Source: Mizuhopecten yessoensis (lineage: Eukaryota). From it: a stretch of 63,037 nt of DNA. The position numbers and the translations under genes were made by a program. This document shows positions 46,547 to 60,613 of this stretch, in pieces. Below the pieces are notes generated by a model. It was given only the letters and a program-made list of their open reading frames with translations. It was not told where the DNA came from and did no database searches. Each line of letters begins with the position of its first letter. The first letter of the stretch is position 1. The stretch lies in NCBI RefSeq assembly GCF_002113885.1, contig NW_018404492.1, positions 2,650,506 through 2,713,542 of the forward strand, in the 5' to 3' direction.

Positions 46547-46723
46547 GATGCTCTTCCTGAAGGTGATGAATCTTTCCTTGTGAACATCACCGGTGTGACC
46601 TTAGCTGGCCCAGCCCCGCCTCCAGGGGCAGCACCAAGTGTACAAACCCCTGGCAACCTCCTGTCAATCACGATCCAAGAGAATGACAATGCTCGTGGAA
46701 TTGTACAGTTCAATGTTACTACA
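46547..46723 (+). CDS. ADGRV1: ADGRV1 exon (Calx-beta)
   Basis: DALPEGDESF...QENDNARGIVQF|gtaagt. Confidence 0.87.
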
Positions 46724-47129
46724 GTAAGTTCTATATACGGAGAGATTATTTTATTTCTTTATAAATAAGTCGAAAACTTTCATTAATATCTCCATTTAAG
46801 AAAAAAAAATTAAGGTGTTGATGAAATTGTTCCAAAGGAATAACCAAATGTAATTATTCATATATTCTTTTCAAAATTACCCTCTTAAACATCTGTTTGC
46901 ATGCAATTATTCATGATTATAAAATTTAAACTGTAATGAACTCAACTATCATTTCTGTCTTTATACATATATAGTCCAAGTCAAGAGGTTCTGAAACATA
47001 TTTATCAGAAACAAAAAGAAAGTTGACATTGATGATGTATCAGCTGATAATGATCTAATATCATTCTGCATACAATTGATGCGGAGAATTTAACCTAACA
47101 AACTTAACTCTGATTCCTACTTTCACCAG

Positions 47130-47369
47130 AACATTGAGGGTCGTATAGATACGTATGAGGAGTTTGGTAAGAATATGACAGTGAGGCTGAAGGTCAGTCG
47201 TTCAGTTGGTACCCTGGGCCCTATTACAATCACCTGGCAGGGAGATCCTAGGGAGGCAAACATACTGGACTTCTCACCATCCAGTGGCACACTACGACTG
47301 GAGGACGGGGAAATGGATGGCTACATCACTATCTACATACTGGACGACACCATCCCAGAGGCAATGGAG
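47130..47369 (+). CDS. ADGRV1: ADGRV1 exon (Calx-beta)
   Basis: NIEGRIDTYEE...RSVGTLG...DDTIPEAME|gt. Confidence 0.87.
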
Positions 47370-47705
47370 GTATACAGTTGGAACTCGGTTATCTAGAAAA
47401 TTTGATTTCCATAAAATATTCAAAATGCTTATTTTTTTCCAAGTATTTCCACTTTTTAGGTAGTACTGTACTGAAACATATGAAAGGTGAACTTCCAGAT
47501 TTTCATATTGAAGATACACCTGTGTTGTAACACAATAGGAAAAAGATGTATCGTGATGAGGGAGGTGTGTTACACCTGTAGTACTAGACTGCAGTTGTCT
47601 AGTGTTTAAAGTTTCTTGTGCAATTTTTAAATAATATATGTATCCACAACTTAAATGATTGGTAACGTCTACTATTTACATGACCTTGAGTTCCTTGATT
47701 TCCAG

Positions 47706-47828
47706 ACATTTGATGTGAAGCTCATCAGTAAAAGTGGTGGCTCTGAATTTGGACCAAACAGAAGTGTCCGAGTGGCCATCCTGAAGAATGACTCGCCCAA
47801 TGGTCTCTTCAGGTTTGTGCAGGCTGAG
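47706..47828 (+). CDS. ADGRV1: ADGRV1 exon (Calx-beta)
   Basis: TFDVKL...KNDSPNGLFRF..|gtaagt. Confidence 0.87.
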
Positions 47829-48224
47829 GTAAGTTAAGTGTTTGAGGAGGTTAAAATATTTCCTTTACCATGTTCCTGTTATTAACTGCAATGAAATTTT
47901 CATTGGAAATTCCCATATCTATAATATGAAGCTTGCAGAATATTTAATTTTTCTTCCTGTTTGCAGTGAAGTGAAACCACAAAATGTGTGTATCAGCTAT
48001 ATGAATGACATAAGACTCATGTTTGGACATGCATGCATAGTATGCTTCAAAATATTTATCAGAAGAAGAATTTTCACATGTAAAGCCACAAATCTTGGAA
48101 ATCATTTAGTTATTGTAAATCTGTCAAATAAATTGTAAATTATCCTCGCAAGAGTTATCTCCCTTATATCACTCTGGGTTCCACCTGATGCACATATTTG
48201 ATAATGCCATGTCCAATATTCCAG

Positions 48225-48392
48225 AGCACAGTGAAGGAGTCAAGGTCAGTTGATGACCCTGAGGGTGAGGTCACCTTACAGATAGAACGAGTACAGGGGT
48301 CAGAGGGCGTGGTCAACGTGCGCTGGAGACTGAGTGCGGAGGCAGCCTTTGACTTTGATGAACCTCAGTCTGGCACTCTCCAGTTTGCTCAG
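48225..48392 (+). CDS. ADGRV1: ADGRV1 exon (Calx-beta)
   Basis: STVKES...ERVQGSEGVVNVRW...GTLQFAQ|gt. Confidence 0.87.
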
Positions 48393-48399
48393 GTATAGC

Positions 48400-48717
48400 A
48401 TCTGTTTTTCTCTTACCCTGTACAGGTGTATCTGCACTTTTACCGGTGTGAGATTTCCTTGTCTCGCCCTAGGGTTGAGACGGGGGCATTCCTCTATTCA
48501 TAACAATGACATGACGTCACTTCAACAATACAATGATGTCACGTCAACAATCCATCAATGTCACATCAACCCTGAATTTAGCATGTAACGTTACCTTTTC
48601 ATTGTGTATATGATACACAATGGGAGAACAGGGTAAGAGAAAAAGAATCATTCACCCCCTTGTGGGCGAGATAGGGGAATCTCAACCCTCGGGGAAAGGG
48701 TGTGAAAGATTCTATTA
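48400..48717. mobile_element. Short palindromic non-autonomous repeat, related to 58003-58370
   Basis: tttctcttaccctg...cagggtaagagaaa inverted pair; end aagattctatta is the reverse complement of taatagaatctt at 58003. Confidence 0.45.
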
Positions 48718-49217
48718 GTCTCATGAATAGCTGAGTGATCTGATTTGATACCTTCCTGCATTCCTTAACAGCAGAATTGGAGAAGTGAGGGGTTGGGTTG
48801 TATTTTTCCTCTGTTAAGGAGACATAGAAGAGATTAAAAAATGATTTGCTTATTTGTTTCAGTGCAGTGAATTATTTCTCTTGTCTGTTGCTATATTTCC
48901 ATTGGTAGTTCTGTCCATAGCTGTCATCACATGGCATTGTGTTTCGATGACATAAAGGGAAAAAAATGCTCCATAAATCATCAGAGCATAACAAAATAAA
49001 GAAAAACGACAGTTAAAAAGCCAGTTTTGACCCAATAAACCAAGTAATATTTTATACAGCTTTTATTTTGGAAATGATGTGTTATTTATACAAAGTGGTC
49101 TAGCTAGCTAGCTGATCTAGTCTATAGGGAAGCCACATATAATGTAAAATGTTGTTACAAATAGCTTCAATGAAGAAGAGATACAAATATTCTGTTATAT
49201 TTGAAATTAATTTACAG

Positions 49218-49610
49218 GGACAAAAGACCAGATCGATTGTGCTGAGGACCAAAATGGATTCCGTATTGGAAGGTGAAGAACGGTTCCGCATCTCCCTGGT
49301 AACTGCTGACAACAATGCAGACATCTCGCACAGTGAAGGTGATGCCACTGTGATTATCTCCCCTGATCCTGGAGCTAGTGGTACCATAAGCATTCTACCA
49401 GAGTTTAGAAAAGTGTACATTGGGGAACCAGGGGAATCCAGTCCTAGCTATGATGGCCAGCTTCAGATTGTCATCACCAGAGGGCAGGGTATATTTGGGG
49501 CCATATCAGTCACATGGTCAGTAACACCGCGGGAGACTTCGACCTTTCTACAGTCAGAGGGCACCGTCCAGTTTGCAGACCTGCAGCAGAAAGCTACCAT
49601 TACTCTCCAG
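49218..49610 (+). CDS. ADGRV1: ADGRV1 exon (Calx-beta)
   Basis: GQKTRSIV...DSVLEGEERF...RGQGIFG...ITLQ|gtagga. Confidence 0.88.
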
Positions 49611-49913
49611 GTAGGATGTTCTTCAAATAATTGTAATGTCCATCCGTTCATGTTTTTACTATTAATAACATTTTTTTTTCATTTTGCTTCAATTATGAGA
49701 AAAAATCTCTTTACCATAACTAGAATTTTACAAGTTTGATGTTTTAGTATATATTCTGTAACACTTCATTTGATACTCTGTTGTTCAATGCATTTGCCCA
49801 TATTCTATTGGAGAAGTTGGTCTGTAAACTAGTGAAGGAAACAATGTACCAAAAAGAAGCGTCTCCATCACATAATAATGAAGGGCCTGTATTGTATTTC
49901 TTTACTACTATAG

Positions 49914-50108
49914 GCCCAAGACGACACCAGAGCTGAACTGCGTCGGGTGTACACCCTACAGATAAACTCAGCCACCAGCGGGGCTGTCATTAGTAAAGCT
50001 CCTGGGGAGTCCTCAGCTGACATTGTGTTTGTGGCCAGCGACTACCCCCATGGCCTGTTTGAATTCACCCTCCCAGAGACCATACTTGTCCAGGAGGATG
50101 TTTTCACG
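49914..50108 (+). CDS. ADGRV1: ADGRV1 exon (Calx-beta)
   Basis: AQDDTRAELRRVY...ASDYPHGLFEF...|gtacgg. Confidence 0.87.
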
Positions 50109-50838
50109 GTACGGAAGCAATCCTTTTTTTTGAAAGTGCAGGAAAATTAATACACCTGCTAATGGAAGACACAATTAGGTTTCTTTACCAAAAAGTACCC
50201 TTAAAATTATTAAATGAAATATTGATTGTCCTTTTAACGTTAAGGGGAAAAGTACTGCGCTGTTTTCGTTTATGGCAATCCAAACGGTTTAACTGGTTGG
50301 ACCAGAGTTGTTCGTTTATGAAATAAGGTCGGACCCAGTAATCTGATGTTGCTTTCAGGCGAGCCTTCACAAAGCCTTGCAAGGCCTGCATAAAAACTTT
50401 TGGAAGTCTGCCAGAGTTTATTCTAAAAAATGTTACATTTAAAAATGGACGTACCGGTTGTTCCAGATGAACGAACAGGTCCCAGTTGTGGTAAATGTAC
50501 AAACAGATTAACAATGTCTAGACAATTACTTTGTCAGTGTCAATGTTACCATGTAAGAACAAGGTATTATAGCAAGGCTGGATTGATTTTGACATTTGTT
50601 GGAGTAACAAGTAGGGCATTTATTTTACTTTTCTAAGAGGTGACACATGTACATAATCAAAAGGATGTTTTTCTTTAAAAAAAATCCCCAAAAAACACTC
50701 GTCTGTAAAGATAGAAATGTAACTACAAAAGCAAATGTACAAAGAAGCAATGCAATATCGTTTACCAGAAATGTACAAATAAATTAGTTATGACTAATCA
50801 AAGTTAACAATATTTTGAAATTCTTGTTGTCTTTCCAG

Positions 50839-51074
50839 TTCACGGTGATGGTGGTGAGACGTTCGGGCCTGGAAAGTCAGGTAATGGTGTCCTATACCAC
50901 CACACCAGGCACAGCCCAGAACATCCTGGACTTCTTCCCTGCGGCGGGCACCCTGGAGTTCCAGCACGAAGAGAAGCAGAAACTGATTTCTCTACGAATC
51001 CAACAGGATGATCTCCCAGAAGGCCCGGAGATGTTTTACGTAAATCTGACCTCCACCAGGTTACGCACTCCTAG
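50839..51074 (+). CDS. ADGRV1: ADGRV1 exon (Calx-beta)
   Basis: FTVMVVRRSG...QDDLPEGPEMF...|gtagaa. Confidence 0.88.
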
Positions 51075-51285
51075 GTAGAACTTTGTCAACATCATTTGAC
51101 ACCTAGCTTATTTTGCTTTGACAATTAATAACTCGATTATTACTACTAATGTTTTACTCCGACAGAGTTTCTTATGTCTATGGGATCTTTAAAACTAGGA
51201 TTTAAGTCTTAACTTTTTCGAATAATAGTCTATGATGTTTTGGTTTAATATATAATTAGAAACATTTGTCCCTTTGAACTTGCAG

Positions 51286-51431
51286 CAGTAACAATTACAC
51301 CAAGGTCGGCAACCTACAATTAGACATGGCCCCAGCCATTGGCTCCATCAACGTCAAAACCATCGTCATCAACAAGAATGACAATGCTGAGGGTACTATC
51401 CAGTTTGACTCCTCTGCTAAAGACATGTCCA
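51286..51431 (+). CDS. ADGRV1: ADGRV1 exon (Calx-beta); NAGNAG acceptor
   Basis: tgcag|cag..MAPAIG...KNDNAEGTIQF..|gtaagt. Confidence 0.85.
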
Positions 51432-51563
51432 GTAAGTTGCTAGGAAGCTGCATAGCTATGTTAAAAATGGAAACTTGTAAACATTTTATCTCTGTTATTA
51501 ACTACTTGGGATATCTAGGACTTATAGAGAGAATTGTTTGTTATTACTGAAGGTTTATTTATT

Positions 51564-51644
51564 GAACTAAGACTCATTCCTGAAGATTCTGAACTAAGAC
51601 TCATTCCTGAAGATTCTCAACTAAGACTCATTCCTGAAGATTCT
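51564..51644. repeat. 27-bp tandem repeat x3
   Basis: Unit gaactaagactcattcctgaagattct. Confidence 0.85.
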
Positions 51645-51876
51645 CTCGACAATGAATTGAAACGTGGATTATAAAGTATAAGATAATAAAAGTGATGTCC
51701 TTAGCAAATGTAGATGACGGAAACATGTTATTTTCGTATATATACATTGCCGATACCTTAGAGTTATATGCCAAAACACAAAATAAATGTCAATTAATGC
51801 TGCAGTACTGTTTGTTCTTTCTGATAGGACAAAATCTTTAGCATGAATTCTATTGAATCTGTTTTCCTTTGCACAG

Positions 51877-52119
51877 TTGTCGAAGAAATCGGCACGGCAA
51901 AGATCCCCCTGGTGAGACTGGGAGGGGACTATGGGAAGCAGACGGTTCTCTTCTCGACACAAAACACCACGGCCCTAGAAGGCATCGACTACAGTGTTCC
52001 GCGGCATGAGGTCATATTTGACCAGGGCCAGACTCGGGCCACCATCAACATTACTGTCCATGATGACTCCGAGATGGAGCATGCAGAGCGCTTCAATATC
52101 ATGCTCAACAGTATTGTGG
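51877..52119 (+). CDS. ADGRV1: ADGRV1 exon (Calx-beta)
   Basis: VEEIGTAKIPLVRLGGDYG...DDSEMEHAERF...|gtaagt. Confidence 0.88.
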
Positions 52120-52139
52120 GTAAGTATCTGCTATACATT

Positions 52140-52840
52140 GGCCTACTTTCAAGGACGCAGAGGTCATACTCGTTAAAAAATTCAAGCGACATTTTCTTAA
52201 GAACCAAACGTTTCAGAGCCATGTTATTTGGGTATGATCTGTAGACCAGCAGTGTAAACCTTTCTTATATATTATGAATAGGTCATAGGTCAAGTTTCAG
52301 TGCTGGCTTGGGTCAAAGGTCAGCATGGATTGTTGTGGGTAAACAGTTTTAAGAATCTTCTGATGAAGTTTAATAATGCTCAGGGTCCTATTATTGGGCC
52401 AGTAGGGACCTGTGATGGAATGGTTCTTCATATTAATGACCTTGACCAAGGTCAAGGTTACAGTTCAAATATATTAAAAAAAGTTATCATATGAATCATA
52501 AGTTCTACAGCCATAATACTCTGATACATTATGTCCTAGGGTTGTAACTTCAAATTGGTTGGGATCCCCATCACATTATCATTTGTATGCTTAGGATTAT
52601 CTCAATACTCCAGGCTTTCTATAGGGAAATGTACTTGGGTCATTACATGGATCGGGATCCCAACCCTATAACCATATAGATGTGTATGCAGATCTCAACC
52701 AGATTTGTTTGGCGCATAATTTGGACAGGAGAGATGGAGTCTGAAAATGTGGAAATATTTACAACACTTTTATTAATGAGGGCATTTTGCCATGATTGCT
52801 TAAATATGCAGGATTGATACAGGCCTTCCGGTCCTCTTGT
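52140..52840 (+). mobile_element. HINE/pearl-like element, 3' part
   Basis: Ends ttttgccatgattgctt...gatacaggccttccggtcctcttgt, like 2930-2990. Confidence 0.55.
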
Positions 52841-53367
52841 CTTATTGGGGACATACTACAATATATTGTTCCTTCTAATTTAACGGATCAATGTATAGCA
52901 ATCTTGGACAAACATCTGATGGTTGAATACCCTGTATTCCTCCAACTATTGATCTGAACCCCACAGGTTTTAGTTAGCAGTGTTTTCCTGTTCCTTAGTT
53001 GTAAGCAAGGTTACATTATTGGCCAATCTGATGTAAAAAAAAAGAAGAAAAAAGGGAATACTATTATTCTTGGGTGAACAGTCACTACTGATGATAATTG
53101 TTATGCAGTCACCTGTTAAACCACTCCGGACTTAACACCAGGGACTGGTTGTTCAAAACTATCGTTAGGCTAAATATATTCAAACTTTGAACAGTAGATA
53201 GTAGGAGTTATAAATGTTTCATTGTGGCTATGATTTGAAATTTATCAGAGAAGAAAGACACCAAACTAATCATCTGATTGCCGTATATGAGGAATGAAAT
53301 TGATTACATATATATGTCATAATACAGAACCAATTAGCTGCCTACTTGTTTTCTATAAATAAAACAC

Positions 53368-54200
53368 ATACTGTAAAAGTGTGACACTCTGTTATACTGT
53401 AACAGTGTGACACTTTGTTATACAGTAACAGTGTGACACTCTGTAATACTGTAACAGTGTGACACTCTGTGATACTGTAACAGTGTGACACTCTGTAATA
53501 CTGTTACAGTGTTACACTCTGTAATACTGTAACAGTGTGACACTCTGTAATACTGTTACAGTGTTACACTCTGTAATACTGTAACAGTGTGACACTCTGT
53601 GATACTGTAACAGTGTGACACTCTGTAATACTGTAAAAGTGTGACACTGTAATACTCTAACAGTGTGACACTTTGTAATACTGTAACAGTGTGACAATTT
53701 GTAATACTGTAACAGTGTGACACTCTGTAATACTGTAACAGTGTGATACTGTTATACTGTAACAGTGTGACACTTTGTAAAACTCTAACAGTGTGACACC
53801 CTGTAATACTGTAACAGTGTAACACTCTGTAATACTGTAACAGTGTGACACTCTGTAATACTGTAACAGTGTGACACTGTAATACTCTAACAGTGTGACA
53901 CTTTGTAATACTGTAACAGTGTGACACTCTGTAATACTGTAACAATGTAACACTTTGTAATACTGACAGTGTGACAATTTGTGTAATACTGTAACAGTGT
54001 GACACTCTGTAACAGTGTGATACTGTTATACTGTAACAGTGTGACACTTTGTAAAACTCTAACAGTGTGACACTCTGTAATACTGTAACAGTGTGACACT
54101 CTGTAACAGTGTGATACTGTTATACTGTAACAGTGTGACACTTTGTAATACTGTAACAGTGTGACACTGTAATACTGTAACAGTGTGACACTTTGTAATA
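53368..54200. repeat. ~26-bp minisatellite (~33 copies)
   Basis: Unit gtaatactgtaacagtgtgacactct. Confidence 0.92.
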
Positions 54201-55666
54201 GATTTACCCTTTGTGCATGTAATTAATGCTGATTAATGGTATATGCTGTTTCCCAGTGAGGCTTCTCCTAATTTTATTTTTTTTCTTCAGAACTGTCTGA
54301 TGAGATTTGTCATTAGGATTAACCAATAAGGAAATTATAAGTTTGTGATTGATATACCGTCATGAGAATATTTTGTTTACAAAACATGACAAAAATAAAT
54401 TTTGATGTTTTCACATGTTGGAATTGAAAATAAGCACATCATTTGACGTGTTAGAATGAAAAATAAACAAGTTGTTTTTCACTTAAAAATAGAGAATTAA
54501 CAAATTATTACATTGATCTAGTGTGTACCTCCGTAATGTTTACCACCTGGTGTCAACATACATAAGTTTCCAGATTGATTGATAAAGAATATCTAAAATT
54601 ATAAATAATCTGATATATGTACGTAAATGAAATTTCAAAAGTGGAGAATGCATTTGTTACTGGTAGCTTTGTTTGTGAATATAGAACTTCACACGTCAGT
54701 ATTTGTCACTTAAAAACAAAATTGACACAAATACAGTCTTTTCTTGTTGAAGTACCGATAAAAATAGACTTTGAAATCATGAATCGGGTCAATTGATGCT
54801 ATCAAGATGTTGTGAAAGTAGTAAATGTATCAGATCGAGAGGTTATTGCTACGTCATAACAAGGCAGGTGTAGATGTAAATAGGTAATGAAACGGCTTAT
54901 TGAAGTGTGGTTTCCTGTGTAGTTCCCTGTACAGGTAAATATAGGTACATACTGTGCCCTCAACATGATTTACCTGTAATCACCTTGGCGACTGTTTTGT
55001 TTGTAAAGTATCTACCCACTTATTGTTGCCAACTTCCTCGTACCTCAGAGTTTTTACCTGGGATTTACGTGACACTGATGGATGTAAATAAAATTTGTGT
55101 CGTGATTATACATTAATTAGCTGCAGTGTAAACTAGCTGTAACATGATGTTTGTCTAAATAGAACATGTTTTTATCGAGGTGGAGCTTCATCTTTCCACA
55201 TGCCTTATGGTAATGTAGAAAATTAGCATTTGTTTTGGTGTTTGTTAAATGATCAAATTTTTTAAGAAAACAATTTCCTCACCATATACATGTATTGTGA
55301 AGTGGAAATGGAATGAGTTGACCCATAACACAGACTGAATTTGGTTTACCTATGACAAATACACATCAGTGTAGTAGGTAGTTTTAATGTGAAGAGCACC
55401 TTCAATTTAGAATATATTATCATCGATGTCACTTTATGAGATATTTGTTTAAAGTCTTTTTCCATTTAAAAGTTTTATATCAGTGAAATCTTGCTTTTGA
55501 AAACAAAAATAACAATAAACAAAAAACAAAATTCTGATTTCTGGATTGGGGTGGGTTTAAGATATGCATGTCAAGTGATGAGGGGCAAATGTACTTCTGG
55601 TAAACAGTGATAATCTGACAGCAGTTAAAACGATATGCAAAAAAAATGGTGTGCAGTTTCTGACTG

Positions 55667-57121
55667 CTTCATTCCCAATAGATAATCCAGCCACCATCAT
55701 TCCCAGTAGATAATCCAGCCACCTTCATTCCCAGAAGATTATCCAGCCACCTTCATTTCCAATAGATAATACAGCCATCAGCATTCCCAGTAGATAATCA
55801 AGACACCTCCATTCCCAGTAGATAATCCAGTCACCTTCATTTCCAGTATATAATCCAGCCTCTTTCATTCTCAGTAGATAATCCAGCCACCTTCATTCCC
55901 AGTAGATAATGTATCCACCTTCATTCCCAGTAGATAATCCAGCCACCTTCATTCCCAGTAGATAATCCAGTCCCCCTCATTTCCAGTAGATAATCCAGTC
56001 ACCTTCATTTCAAGTATATAATCCAGCCTCTTTCATTCTCTGTAGATAATCCAGCCACCTTCAATCCCAGTAGATAATGTATCCACCTTCATCCCCAGTA
56101 GATAATCCAGCCACCTTCATTCCCAGAAGATTATCCAGCCACCTTCATTTCCAATAGATAATACAGCCATCAGCATTCCCAGTAGATAATCAAGACACCC
56201 CCATTCCCAGTAGATAATCCAGTCCCCCTCATTTCCAGTAGATAATCCAGTCACCTTCATTTCCAGTATATAATCAAGCCTCTTTCATTCTCACTAGATA
56301 ATCCAGCCACCTTCATTCCCAGAAGATAATCCAGCCACCTTCATTCCCAGAAGATTATCCAGCCACCTTCATTTACAATAGATAATACAGCCATCAGCAT
56401 TCCCAGTAGAAAATCAAGACACCTCCATTCCCAGTAGATAATCCAGTCACATTCATTCCCAGTAGATAATCCAGTCACATTCATTCCCAGTAGATAATCC
56501 AGCCACCTTCATGCCCAAAAGATTATTTTCAGTAGATAATCCAGACACCTTCATTCCCAGTAGATAATGTATCCACCTTCATTCCCAGTAGATAATGTAT
56601 CCACCTTCGTTCCCAGTAGATAATCCAGCCACCCTCATTCCCAGTAGATAATCCAGTCCCCCTCATTTCCAGTAGATAATCCAGTCACCTTCATTCCCAG
56701 TAGATAATCCAGTCACATTCATTCCCAGTAGATACTCCAGCCACCTTCATTCCCAGTAGATAATCCAGTCACCCTCATTTCCAGTAGATAATCCAGTCAC
56801 CTTCATTCCCAGTAGATAATCCAGCCACCTTCATTCCCAAAAGATTATTTTCAGTAGATAATCCAGCCACCTTCATTCCCAAAAGATTATTTTCAGTAGA
56901 TAATCCAGTCACCTTCATTCCCAGTAGATAATCCAGCCACCTTCATTCCCAAAAGATTATTTTCAGTAGATAATACAGCCACATTCATTCCCAGTAGACA
57001 ATCCAGACCCATTTATTATGCAGCCAGCTTCATTTCCTTTAGATAACCCAGCCTTCTTCATTCCCAGTAGATAATACATCCACCTTCATTCCCAGTAGAT
57101 AATCTAACCTCCTTCATTCCC
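55667..57121. repeat. ~28-bp minisatellite (~50 copies)
   Basis: Unit ttcattcccagtagataatccagccacc. Confidence 0.92.
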
Positions 57122-58002
57122 CGTATATGTGGCTGGATAAGACATTTGAGTTACTTTCAACAGTACAATGTAATACAATATGTACTGGCTTTATAGTGAG
57201 ACAACAAGCTGATTGGTGGCTGGGTGAATAAATCTAGACAACATCAAAATTGTTAATATTTTTTAGTTCCCTGGTATTTTCCTGTTAGTAATGTCTTAAC
57301 TTCAAAAGGAATTACTTTTTCTGACCATAATTTGTTTAATGAATCATTATCACAATGGTTAATTTCACTTCTTCAGTAATGTACATTTCATCCATCAACA
57401 TACATCGACAGGAAAATAAATTGTTTTTATAATTTCAATTCCTTTCAACTCCATTGTTTGGACCTACATTCTCAATAGTGAATACAGAAGGAAGTTTTCA
57501 TGTAAAACACAAGGAAGAGATACAGATGTGGAGCTTGGGTGTCTATCAAGCTTTGTTCAGCATTACACCTAATTCCTGATGTACTACAAGAAAAAGAAAA
57601 AAACTTGTGTCTTGGTATTTTAAGATATATATGTATACAAATTACACAGCATTATGTGTAAACTCCAATGTGGTAATGTCGACCAAACAATCATCATTAT
57701 ACTCATCATTATACCCATCATATATTCATTAACATGCTGGTATCTTTTTAACGATAATATACATTTAGATAGCTTTGCACTTTACCCAAACTTTCAAAGT
57801 ATATAATACATTAACTTTGTTTTGTAACAAAGAAGTCTCGGCATATGCAATCATAACATTGGCGTAATAACATCTAGAAAGTTTTTTGTAATGAGACTAA
57901 ATTAAACTTATTAATGGAAATTAACTTGTTTCCCCTGAAATTTCATAATGAGCTATTCCAACCTTTGAATCGTAGGAGTTCAATTGAGTCTTCAGGGGCG
58001 AA

Positions 58003-58370
58003 TAATAGAATCTTACCCTACTCCTAGAGGGTGTGACAGAGAAATCTCCAATCCGAGGGGTGATGTTTTTTGGTTGTCTAACCCGAGGCTCTGCCGAGGG
58101 TTATACAACCAAAATAATCACCCCATCCTATTATTTCAGTCACAGCTCCACCAGCAGTAGTCTGCCATGTTTGTAAACAAAAACACAAGTGGGGTATGTA
58201 TATCGTCATTCACTTTTGATGACGTCACACTTATCGGTGACACATTTTAATGACGTCACAATTGAACACAAGATAAACGGCACGAGGCTATCTCCCCCTA
58301 GGCGGTGACAAGCTGATCTTTCCCGGGTAAAACGGGAGACAAACATGTGAAGGGTGGGAGAATGAGTTAT
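58003..58370. mobile_element. Palindromic non-autonomous repeat (possibly Crypton-like)
   Basis: ggggtgat...ttggttgtctaacccgaggctctgccgagggttatacaaccaaaataatcacccc hairpin; shares a terminus with 48400-48717. Confidence 0.45.
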
Positions 58371-59898
58371 CTCCACAAGCTACTCCATGACCTCAGTATC
58401 CAATGACTTTTGTGATTTCCTATTTAAGAAGAAAATGATCTGATTGTAAAATACTGGCACTGTATTAGAACATCAGTGAAGATCCAGGTACCCAAAACCA
58501 CAAGGTACAGTTGTAGTTATATTTTAATCATCATTAATTTCTCTTTAACTAACAATAAACTACCAATGTATAAAAGCTTGTTGAGGTGAACTACATGTAT
58601 GAGCAAATTTCATCAATATAAATATAATTAAGGGACATTTGTTACAATGATCTTTGGATATGTCATCAAAGGGTTGGGGGGGGGGGGGAGGGGGGTATTG
58701 GTTATGACACCCTAAACCCATAGATATCATGTTTGAATTATACAGTATTAGAATGCCATTTTCAGCTGTAAGATTTATTTTAGAACTGTTTTCCTGCAAC
58801 TTTTAAAATATTCCAGGTAGCAGGGGGTTGGCAGCCCCATCATTGTTCTTGGTAAAATGTTTTACAAATTGTTGAGTGCCAGATAACCCTTTTGGCTTGA
58901 AGAAAGATACAACAGGCTGAATAATCAGAGATCAACAAATCCTTGATCGGCAGAAAATCTTTGATGTCAAATCCAGGTTTGATAATGATCAGTCCTGCTT
59001 GTTGTGAGAGATAAAATTAGTTATTCTCATGAAAGAAAAACAATTTAATCTGTTGTTACATATTTGGCCCTGTGTATTATGACATCCTGATTTAAGTGAC
59101 TATAAGTACACTGGATCCTCTGGGATGTCGGAGAACGCAGGTTCTACTTCTCCCAGTGACTGGTAGTTCTACCCCCGTTGAAGTAATGCCTGCCAATTTG
59201 TTGAAGGAGTTAAGGTTCGGAGTAATTGCCACTTTGTCGGTGTGTCTGCATCCGTGCACGGGCCGTAGTAGAAACTTTGTGGATAGGATTGATCTCAATG
59301 AACCCCTCAACAGATGAAATTTATTATATTGAGTTAATAAAAATTATAAAAGTCTTTATTTCCACTTGATAATAGTCAAAGACTCACATATGGTTAAGCA
59401 TAAATAAAAAATATACACTTCTTACAACAAAATGAGTACAAAAATATTGGGTAGGATAAGTATACAGTTGACATGTTCAGAATGTCACAGTCATTGCCTA
59501 TCTGTTCCTGTTATTATACATGAAACTGACCTAAAATTTAATGAGAGATTATGTAATAATAATCCCATAAACTAATGTATGGCACATTTCTTGAAAGTCT
59601 TTTGCAGTTTTGTACATGTGACTATACCTGATTAGATTTCAGGTATTTCATTCCATGGTTTTGTTGAAGTTACTTATTGCAGTAACACTGGAACCCATTC
59701 TACAAATGAATACTAACTCTGGTAGAAATGGCTGGACCACATCATACAGAAGGTTAATCAGCAATATTTATTATAGTTTACACTTCAGAGCAGTACGACA
59801 ACTCAAAATAGTGACCTGAGGTAAGGAAAGCGGGGACTCTGTCAATGGTTTATACTAATACGGTGAAATCAAAAATGTTTCAATTTTTGTCTTGTCAG

Positions 59899-60074
59899 GT
59901 GGTGCAAAGCTAGGAGATGCCACGGCAGCTACAATCACTATCCTCAAGTCAGACTATCCCAACGGTAACTTTGGCTTCAGTGGTCAGTTGGCTATCACCA
60001 TGCCTAACCCTGACCGCCAAGTGGACCTGACCTTGGCGATACAGAGGACAGGAGGGTTGACTGGACAACAGACG
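59899..60074 (+). CDS. ADGRV1: ADGRV1 exon (Calx-beta)
   Basis: GAKLGDATAATITILKSDYPNGNFGF...RTGGLTGQQT|gtaggt. Confidence 0.88.
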
Positions 60075-60337
60075 GTAGGTGTACATGTACTTTCTATTCA
60101 TTTGGTAGACTAAATGATTTTTCAAATCAAAAGTTCATTTCTTGCTTCTCACTAATTGTCCCTTAAGTCTAAATCACCTCATTTAATATGACTTGCGAAA
60201 ATAGCAACCCTCAATAATTTTCAAATCAATTTGTTTAAATTCTTCTAAAAAGTATTCATTTAAGTTTTTAAATACTTTAAAACATGCTTAAAACCTTTCT
60301 ATGCTTATTGATATTGCTATCTTGTTTGTTCTCCAAG

Positions 60338-60613
60338 GTTTTCTGGCGGATCTTAGGCCCAAATAATCCCGGAAATGTCTTGGTGGAAACCAACGACATA
60401 AGTCATAATGAGAATGGTCCGCAGACCACCCAGGGCTCCCTGATCTGGGCAGATGAGGAGTCTGGCGAGAAGACCTTTCAGCTCCGTGTAAAACCTTACA
60501 CCAGCTGGGAAATCCAGAAGATATTTATCGTTGAGCTGTACAAGGTGCAGGGCTTCCCTGTGGGGTCCGGGGACGGAGAGATTGGACCATCTACTGGCAA
60601 AGTTGTCTTAACG
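60338..60613 (+). CDS. ADGRV1: ADGRV1 exon (Calx-beta-like)
   Basis: caag|VFWRILGPN...GSLIWADEE...KVVLT|gtaagg. Confidence 0.86.

Noticed and set aside
53512-54141. Cys/His-rich repetitive ORFs (also 18278-18517, 20436-20705, 22317-22870, 29958-30254)
   Set aside because: Translations of intronic minisatellites.
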